The translations under genes and the position numbers were made by a program. The notes beneath the pieces were generated by a model that worked only from the letters and a program-made list of their open reading frames with translations, had not been told where the DNA came from and searched no databases. From an uncultured Planctomycetota bacterium (GTDB lineage: Bacteria > Planctomycetota > Planctomycetia > Isosphaerales > Isosphaeraceae), in contig CAWJTV010000011.1 in the NCBI GenBank assembly GCA_963845755.1, forward strand, positions 1,120,001-1,184,000: a stretch of DNA of 64,000 bases, in the 5' to 3' direction. Shown one piece after another: positions 57,847 to 64,000 of the stretch. The stretch's first letter is position 1, and every line of letters starts with the position of its first letter.

Positions 57847-60419
57847 TCAGAAACCACGCCGGGATTCGCCTGAGAGGATCGCCCAGTCCGGCCAGGTTTT
57901 TCGCAAGCACTGCTCGTAAGAGAGGCCGAGCAAGCTGGCAACGTGGATCCGGGCGTCGTTCGTGCTCACGTCTGGACCGACGGGCAGTTTCTCGAGCCGC
58001 GCGACCGCGGCGCGGGGGTCGAACGAAGCCCAGGCCTCGAACTCGGAGAACCAGGTCACCAGCTCGCGATCCTCGGTGTGATCGATCCGGTCGCGACTCG
58101 TCTCGAACAGCGCGGCGGCCATTTCGCGGTCGTACCAGGCGAGGTGCTGGATCAGAGCGCTCGGGGAATAGGTGCTGACCATGCGCGGATTGGCGAACGG
58201 AGGCCGTGCGGCCACGTAGCGCCACAAGACCTCGGGCACGAGGGCCGGGTCGATCCGCTCGACGACCGGCAGCAAGCTTCCGGCTCGGCGGTCCTGGAGC
58301 TGTTCGGGCCGCTCCTGCATGAGCCGGTCGATGAGTCGCAGTCCGTCTTCCAGCGAGCGACGCGAGGCGGTTCCATCCCGGTCCTTCTCGGCCAAGGCCA
58401 CATACACGGGCACCTCGGGGAGCTGCCCAATCCCTGGGATTTTGCCGATGACCCGCCGGGCCCGCGCCGAATCCACTTGGGCCAACTTCCAGAAATACGT
58501 CCCTAAAGTCCCGTTCCAGACGCTCCCCAGGTCTTTCCAGAACTGCACACTTTCGGCCGGATCCAGATACCGAAGAGGCAGGACGACTTTGCCTGAGCCT
58601 CCCATGCGGACACCTTTGAGCTCTTTGGCGAGAGCCAGGGACCCGGGCGCGTCGACCACAGCGAGTTGCGCGGCGAAGTAGGCCCGTCGATACTCCGTCT
58701 TGTTCGTCATCTGGTTGGCGAGGCGGAGGCCCTCGGCGAAGAGCGATTTGGCCTTCTCGACCTCGCCCAGCTCATCGAACCGCTCGGCCGCACCACCGAT
58801 CCCCCAAAGCCGCTCGGCGGCGTCGGGCGCGGCCCTGGCGTGGAGCGCGGCGCGATCGAGTAGGGCGAGCTCGCGCGCACGTTGCGCGGCGGGAAGGGCG
58901 TCGACCACCCCGAACAAGGCCCTGGCGCGCTGGGCGGGGTCGGCGATCGACTCGGCGACTGAGCCGGCTTCTTCCGGATCGGTGTCGGCGAGTGCCTCGG
59001 CGACCGCAGTCTGGATCCGGAACTCCCAGATCTTGTTCAGGAACTTCGCCGATTCCAGCTTCTCCAGAACCCCAGCGGGATCGGCGTTGGCAAGGGCCTT
59101 CAAAGTCTCGTACTTGGTCCGATCGGCCCCCTTCTCTACGACCACCTTCCAGACCGGCTCGACCAGCCGCCGCGCCATCGCCCGGGATTCCTCCCTCGGG
59201 ATCAGCTCGGGGAGCATCCGCATCGCGCGCGCCGGCCGTTCGGTCCCGCGCGTCAACTCGACCGTGACCTCACTCTCCCCCTCCTTGATCAACTGCCCCT
59301 GGAATCGAAACCCCACGCCGCGTGCGAAGACGAACACCGGGCCCTGGCGAAAGCCGCTGAGAGAGAACCGTCCATCGGAGCCGGTCTGGGTCGTTGTCTG
59401 TTCCGGCCCGTCGCCCGACTGGAACACTTCGACATTCGCGGCCGGCTTCCCCTGGCGATCGATGACCCGTCCGCCGATGGTCCGCAACGACCGCAACTGC
59501 ATGGGAAGGAGGGTTCGTGGCGCCTCGTCGATCGCGATCCAGTCGGAAAGGATCGGGTCCTTGCCCGGGGCTCGAACGGCGACACGATATGTCGATCCGA
59601 CCAGGAGGTTATCCGGTGTCTGAAAGTGGCCGTCGGCCGTCGTCTTCAGCGGGCCGCCGCGCAGCTCGACCGAATTCGGCCTCAGCCAACCCCCTCCTCT
59701 CGACCAGATCTCGACCACTTGACCGGCGACAGGCTGACCGGCGGAATCCACGATCCGGCCAGCGAGCCGGCTGGTCTTCTTGAGCTTGATCGTGATGACC
59801 GGCTCCACGGCGCTCTGACCAGGTCGCTCGACCAGCAAGACGTCCTGCGTGCCGATCGGGTCGGCCGCGACCCGCACGGCGACCAGTTGATCGCGGGCCG
59901 CCAGGTAGTGGAAGGTCGCCCGGCCGTCCGGCCCGGTGGTAACCGCCAGAGGACTCGCCATCGACTCGGGGATCTCCGCGGTGTCTCCGTTGAAGACGTG
60001 AACGATGAGCGGGGCAATCCGCGCCCCGGCGATCGGCCGGCCGTCGGAGCCCACGATCTGGATGGTCCGCGGCTCCGGCTTCCGCAAAACCAGGCGGTAC
60101 GGCCTGAGGAGAAGCGATTTCGCCGTGATGGCTGACCCGGGCCGGTAGGCCAGGAAGTTGTGGGCCACGCCGCTCCCCAATGGCGGGAGCTTCATGCGGA
60201 ACTGGCCGCCGGCATCGGTCCTAGCCCGGGCCTCCGCCTGGTATTCCTTGCCCGACACTCTGGGAGCGACATAGAAGACGACCAGGACATCCGCGACCGG
60301 CTTGCCCTGGTCGTCGACCACCGCGCCCGCGGCCGTCAGATCAAACCCTGCGGCCGTCAGACCACTTTGAGCCTGAGCAAGGCCAGCACCGCCAGCAGTG
60401 GACCCAGAAGCGTCGCCAT
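57847..60419 (-). CDS. Secreted carboxypeptidase-regulatory-like (transthyretin-like beta) repeat protein with helical C-terminal region
   Basis: Repeated G.V.D..GKP...V...T.TD..G.F modules; signal MATLLGPLLAVLAL after SD GAGGAGG (frameshift near 60378). Confidence 0.8.
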
Positions 60420-60506
60420 CGAACCGACCTCCTCGATATGGTGTGCACAATCGCCCTATCTTATCGGAATGAGCGTCGGTCCGGCATCGCTTGGCTCGGA
60501 AAGTCG

Positions 60507-60641
60507 GTCAGGCTTTCCAGCCTGACGTATCTGGTGAATCAGGCTAGAAAGCCTGACTTAGAAACGATCCGAGAATCTTGTAGGGTGGGTGAAACCCACC
60601 AGGAAGTGTCCCGATTCTGGTGGGTTTCACCCACCCTACAA
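60507..60641. repeat. REP cluster including a GTAG-type REP doublet (25-bp perfect IR)
   Basis: ttgtagggtgggtgaaacccaccag (60578-60602) / ctggtgggtttcacccaccctacaa (60617-60641); gtcaggctttccagcctgac and tcaggctagaaagcctga palindromes. Confidence 0.9.
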
Positions 60642-62884
60642 ACCCCGGATCCGCGTCTCGGACAGTTTCTTACATGAGGTTCTTTTGTTGTCGGGGTAAT
60701 CCATCGAGAACGGGCGTACGTCACGATCTGGACTGACCCGAGATCGAGTCGGCGACGGCGCAAGACATCCAATCTCCCTCGGATCGCGGTCGCGAAGGGA
60801 TGGGTCGCATCGAAGACTCGCCGGCAAAGCGTCTCCGCTTCCTGGAAGAGGATCTCGGCACCGACGGTATCGCCGCACGCCAGGAGGGCGTCGGCTGAAG
60901 ATGCCAGACAGTTCAGGTAGCGGGGATCCAGCTCGCCGTAGCTGTCGCGGAAAATCGCATTCTTGCGGTCGAAGGTGGATCGCGCGCCGGCCCAATCTCC
61001 CTGCTCCGCCTGCAACTGACCAACGACCGTCATCCAGGTCGAGAAATCGGGGCTGAGTTCACCTGCGATCGCCCGGCTCAGCTCGACCATCCGAAGCGAT
61101 AAGATCTCGGCATCCTTCTTGCGCCCCAGGGAAATCAACCCCAAGATCTCGCCTCGGAGGCGGTGGGACTCGACCTGGAATTGGTCGACGTCCGAGGGCG
61201 GCCCTGCCATCGAATCCGGTCGCTCAGGCGCGCCACGATCGGCGATCGGTTCCGTCGCGACGTCAGATTCGATGGTCGGATCAGGCGTCGCCGGGACGGC
61301 CTCGGGGGATTGGGCTCCGCGCAGATCCATGAGTTGCGGCAGCCAGGCGCGGACGTCGATCAGTTCGAGGGCGATGTCCAGTTCGGGGGTAGAGATTTCG
61401 CCGGTCGAGTGCAGGGCGAAGATGCCGTCGGATGCTCCCATCGGACGTGCGGGCGTCGTCGATCTCGCGGCCGGTTGGCCCGGCAGGCGCACGGATTCGG
61501 CAAAGCCCGGACGACTGACGGGCGGCCTGGCTTCACGCCTGCCTTGAAATCCGGCGGCAGCGCCCACGAAGGCGGCCACCTCAGCGGCCACCTCATCGTT
61601 GATCGGACGCTCGCGAGCGATAAGCGACTTGAGCTGCTTCTCTTCCGCCTCAAGTTTGGCCAGGTCTCGCATCTGAGCATGCAACAGTCGGAGCTCTTCT
61701 CGTGATGTCGCCAGCTCGTGTTCCCGGGCTCGGAGCGTACGGGCGTACTCGTCTTCGACGGCCCTCCGCGCGGTCACAGCCTCCGTCATCTGGCTTTCCA
61801 ACTCTCCGAGGCGGGCCCGTAGCTGTTCCGCTTCCCGCGGATGGATCAGCCGCTCGGTCGAGTCCTTTTCGATCTCGGCCAGGGCCTGGTAGATTCCGTC
61901 CTGGAGTGTCGACGAATGAGCGAGCAGGTCTTCGAACTCGCGCGTTGCCGTATCGGCGGCGTCCCGGGCATCGCGGCAATCGGCTCGCAGCCGCGCGACC
62001 TCCTCGATGGCGGCCCGTAACTCCTCTTCGAGCCGCGCCGACGACGCGGCGCGGTCGCGCACCGCGGCCGCCTCAGACTTGTGGCGCTCGAGTTCCGTCC
62101 GGATTTCCTCCAGCTCGACCCGTAGGTCATCTTCGCGCCGGGACCGCTCTCTCGCCTGGTCCTTGAGACCTTCACATTCGGCTGCAAGTCTCTCGGACTC
62201 GCACGCCCCGCTCCTGAACAAGTCGACTTCGACGCGAAGTCGGTCGAGCTGCGTACGCGCCTCCACGAGTTCTTCATTCGACCCCACGTCGTCTTCGGAA
62301 TCCTCGACCGTCGGTCCCAGAGGCGCGGGGGATGGCGATTCTCCGATCGCCGGGACCGGCCCGACCGAGTTTCCCCGCACCACTTCGTCCACCCAGTCCT
62401 GCTCGCACTGGCCAGCCGACTCGATTCCGCCGGTCGTCAGGACAGGGGCTGGACCTGCCCCTTCGGCTCGCCCCGCCTCGAAGTCGGCGAGCCCCTGGGA
62501 ACGGCCGTCTTCACCGGAGTCGGCCTTCTCAGGGTGATCATCGACCATGGACGAGTGGAGGCCATTGCTCATGGATGGGACGTGCATCTCGCACGGCCCC
62601 CCTGTCATCGACGCGGCCTCCCGTTGATTCGATGGGACTTTATCGTTAGTGACGGGCAGCGCCTCGTACACGACGTCGCAGCGGTTGCATCGGATCACCC
62701 GCCCTAGATCCTCGGCCCGGAAACTTGCGCCCAGCCCGCACTCCGGACAGGCGACCGGCAGGATCCGGGGTACCACGAAGGGATGACTGCAGCGGTTACA
62801 CTGGACTCGCTGACCGATGTATTCGGTCCGAATCTTGACGGTCTGATGGCATTTGGGACAAGGGATCGGGACTCGATTGAGCAT
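60539..62884 (-). CDS. Double Zn-ribbon / coiled-coil / TPR-like protein (3' end uncertain)
   Basis: CPKC..CNRC..CPEC..CNRC; long E/R-rich coiled coil; C-terminal KLC-like helices (YGELDPRY..L). Confidence 0.7.
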   Translation of the reverse strand: MLNRVPIPCPKCHQTVKIRTEYIGQRVQCNRCSHPFVVPRILPVACPECGLGASFRAEDLGRVIRCNRCDVVYEALPVTNDKVPSNQREAASMTGGPCEMHVPSMSNGLHSSMVDDHPEKADSGEDGRSQGLADFEAGRAEGAGPAPVLTTGGIESAGQCEQDWVDEVVRGNSVGPVPAIGESPSPAPLGPTVEDSEDDVGSNEELVEARTQLDRLRVEVDLFRSGACESERLAAECEGLKDQARERSRREDDLRVELEEIRTELERHKSEAAAVRDRAASSARLEEELRAAIEEVARLRADCRDARDAADTATREFEDLLAHSSTLQDGIYQALAEIEKDSTERLIHPREAEQLRARLGELESQMTEAVTARRAVEDEYARTLRAREHELATSREELRLLHAQMRDLAKLEAEEKQLKSLIARERPINDEVAAEVAAFVGAAAGFQGRREARPPVSRPGFAESVRLPGQPAARSTTPARPMGASDGIFALHSTGEISTPELDIALELIDVRAWLPQLMDLRGAQSPEAVPATPDPTIESDVATEPIADRGAPERPDSMAGPPSDVDQFQVESHRLRGEILGLISLGRKKDAEILSLRMVELSRAIAGELSPDFSTWMTVVGQLQAEQGDWAGARSTFDRKNAIFRDSYGELDPRYLNCLASSADALLACGDTVGAEILFQEAETLCRRVFDATHPFATAIRGRLDVLRRRRLDLGSVQIVTYARSRWITPTTKEPHVRNCPRRGSGVCRVGETHQNRDTSWWVSPTLQDSRIVSKSGFLA

Positions 62885-63329
62885 GGAACACCCGCGATAT
62901 GTGGCCAGGTCGCCAGGGCCGACGGGCACGATTGCCGGCCCGGCGACTACACTCGCCGCCATCGGTGAGTTCAACTGCGCAGGAGCGAGCAATCATCGAT
63001 TTAACATAAAAGATTCGCAATTCTTTATCAGGCAACAATGCAATGGTGATACCGATGTGTTTCTCTAGCTCTTGTATCTTGACTCGCAGATCTTAACGAG
63101 CCTAGGATAAGCCTTTCAAGTTCATTCCGACGGGCAGAGCGTAACCGGCGAATCAGCGTCGTTCGGCCGGCGTTGCGCACCGACCTTGCCGGTCGGCCAG
63201 TTCTCGCGGTTCCTCCAGGATCACCGTTCGCGGCGCGATGGCACTGCAAGATCTGGACGAGTCGACCCCCGTCGGGTCCGAAGCGCTCGTTGTGAGGGAA
63301 GCTGTCTGAACCCTCCGGAGGGTCCGAAT

Positions 63330-64000
63330 ATGGCGGCGCCACCAGTCACGGACGAGGCATTCTTCGAGTTGGTCAATCGGAGCGGGCTGCTCCCATCGAA
63401 CCGGCTGAATGCATACCTCGCGAGCCGGGGCCCGGTAGCGGGCGGGCCGGGGGGGGCGCGTGCCGCCGCACAGGCCGCGCTCACCGAGGGACTGCTGACC
63501 AAGTATCAGGCCGAGCAATTGCTCGTGGGCCGGTGGCGCAACTTCCTCTGCGCCGGGAAATACCTGATCCTGGAACGCGTCGGCCATGGCGGGTCGTCGG
63601 CGATCTTCCTCGCGAACCATCTGGCGATCCAGCGACCCGTCGCGTTGAAGGTCCTGCCGGAGAACAAGGCCGAGAACCCGGAGGCCCTGGCCCGCTTCTA
63701 CCGCGAGGCCCGGGCCGCGGCGATGTTGGACCACCCGAATATCGCCGACTTCTATGATATCCACCGCGCCGACAACCTGCATTTCCTCGTCATGGAATTC
63801 GTCCATGGCCCGGACCTGGAAGGGCTTGTCGGGAGGGGCGGGCCGCTGCCTCCAGGACGAGCCGCGGAATACATCCGACAGGCCGCGTTGGGGCTGCAGC
63901 ACGCCCACGAGGTCGGCCTAGTCCACCGCGACATTAAGCCCGGCAACCTGCTCGTCAACCGCTGGGGGACGGTGAAGATCCTCGACCTCGGCCTGGTGCG
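63330..64000 (+). CDS. Ser/Thr protein kinase, runs off the window end
   Basis: LLTKYQAEQLL, VGHGG, VALKVL, RFYREARAAAMLDHPNI, HRDIKPGNLL, KILDLGL. Confidence 0.93.
   Translation, partial: MAAPPVTDEAFFELVNRSGLLPSNRLNAYLASRGPVAGGPGGARAAAQAALTEGLLTKYQAEQLLVGRWRNFLCAGKYLILERVGHGGSSAIFLANHLAIQRPVALKVLPENKAENPEALARFYREARAAAMLDHPNIADFYDIHRADNLHFLVMEFVHGPDLEGLVGRGGPLPPGRAAEYIRQAALGLQHAHEVGLVHRDIKPGNLLVNRWGTVKILDLGLV

Overview
GC-rich bacterial DNA with a strongly planctomycete gene content (DUF1559 prepilin-like protein, three CRTAC1/ASPIC-UnbV proteins, PVC-type CxxCH dehydrogenase, ISAzo13-family transposases); an Isosphaeraceae-like host is inferred. Most long genes are split by single-base frameshifts, most likely long-read consensus errors, so gene calls below are stitched across frames. 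Layout: (1) 0.2-8.7 kb is a defence-like islet: DUF4062-TM-TPR protein with an unfamiliar 42-aa repeat, RHH plus small-protein pair, SAMHD1/YwfO-like HD hydrolase with a YwgA-like partner (HD gene cleanly split by an IS), decayed VapBC-type TA pair, bounded by a degenerate duplication. (2) 9-31 kb is a cell-surface cluster (DUF362, TPRs, DUF1559, sulfatase-like, TPR-CRTAC1, YfhO, IS-split DUF5695). (3) 31-39 kb holds a TPR-GT41 and a kinase/pseudo-cyclase/AAA/TPR gene. (4) 39-41 kb is mobile-element debris. (5) 41-53 kb has a G1 peptidase, clpX, two CRTAC1 genes and the dehydrogenase. (6) 53-58 kb is a four-gene module (nucleotidyltransferase, metallophosphoesterase, ferritin-like, HAD-ATPase fusion) in which every gene has a sigma54-type -24/-12 motif and the NTase/phosphoesterase pair share mirror-image leaders; this is the best candidate for an undescribed system. 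(7) 58-64 kb has a secreted repeat protein, a Zn-ribbon/coiled-coil protein and a partial Ser/Thr kinase. No rRNA, tRNA or CRISPR array was recognised.
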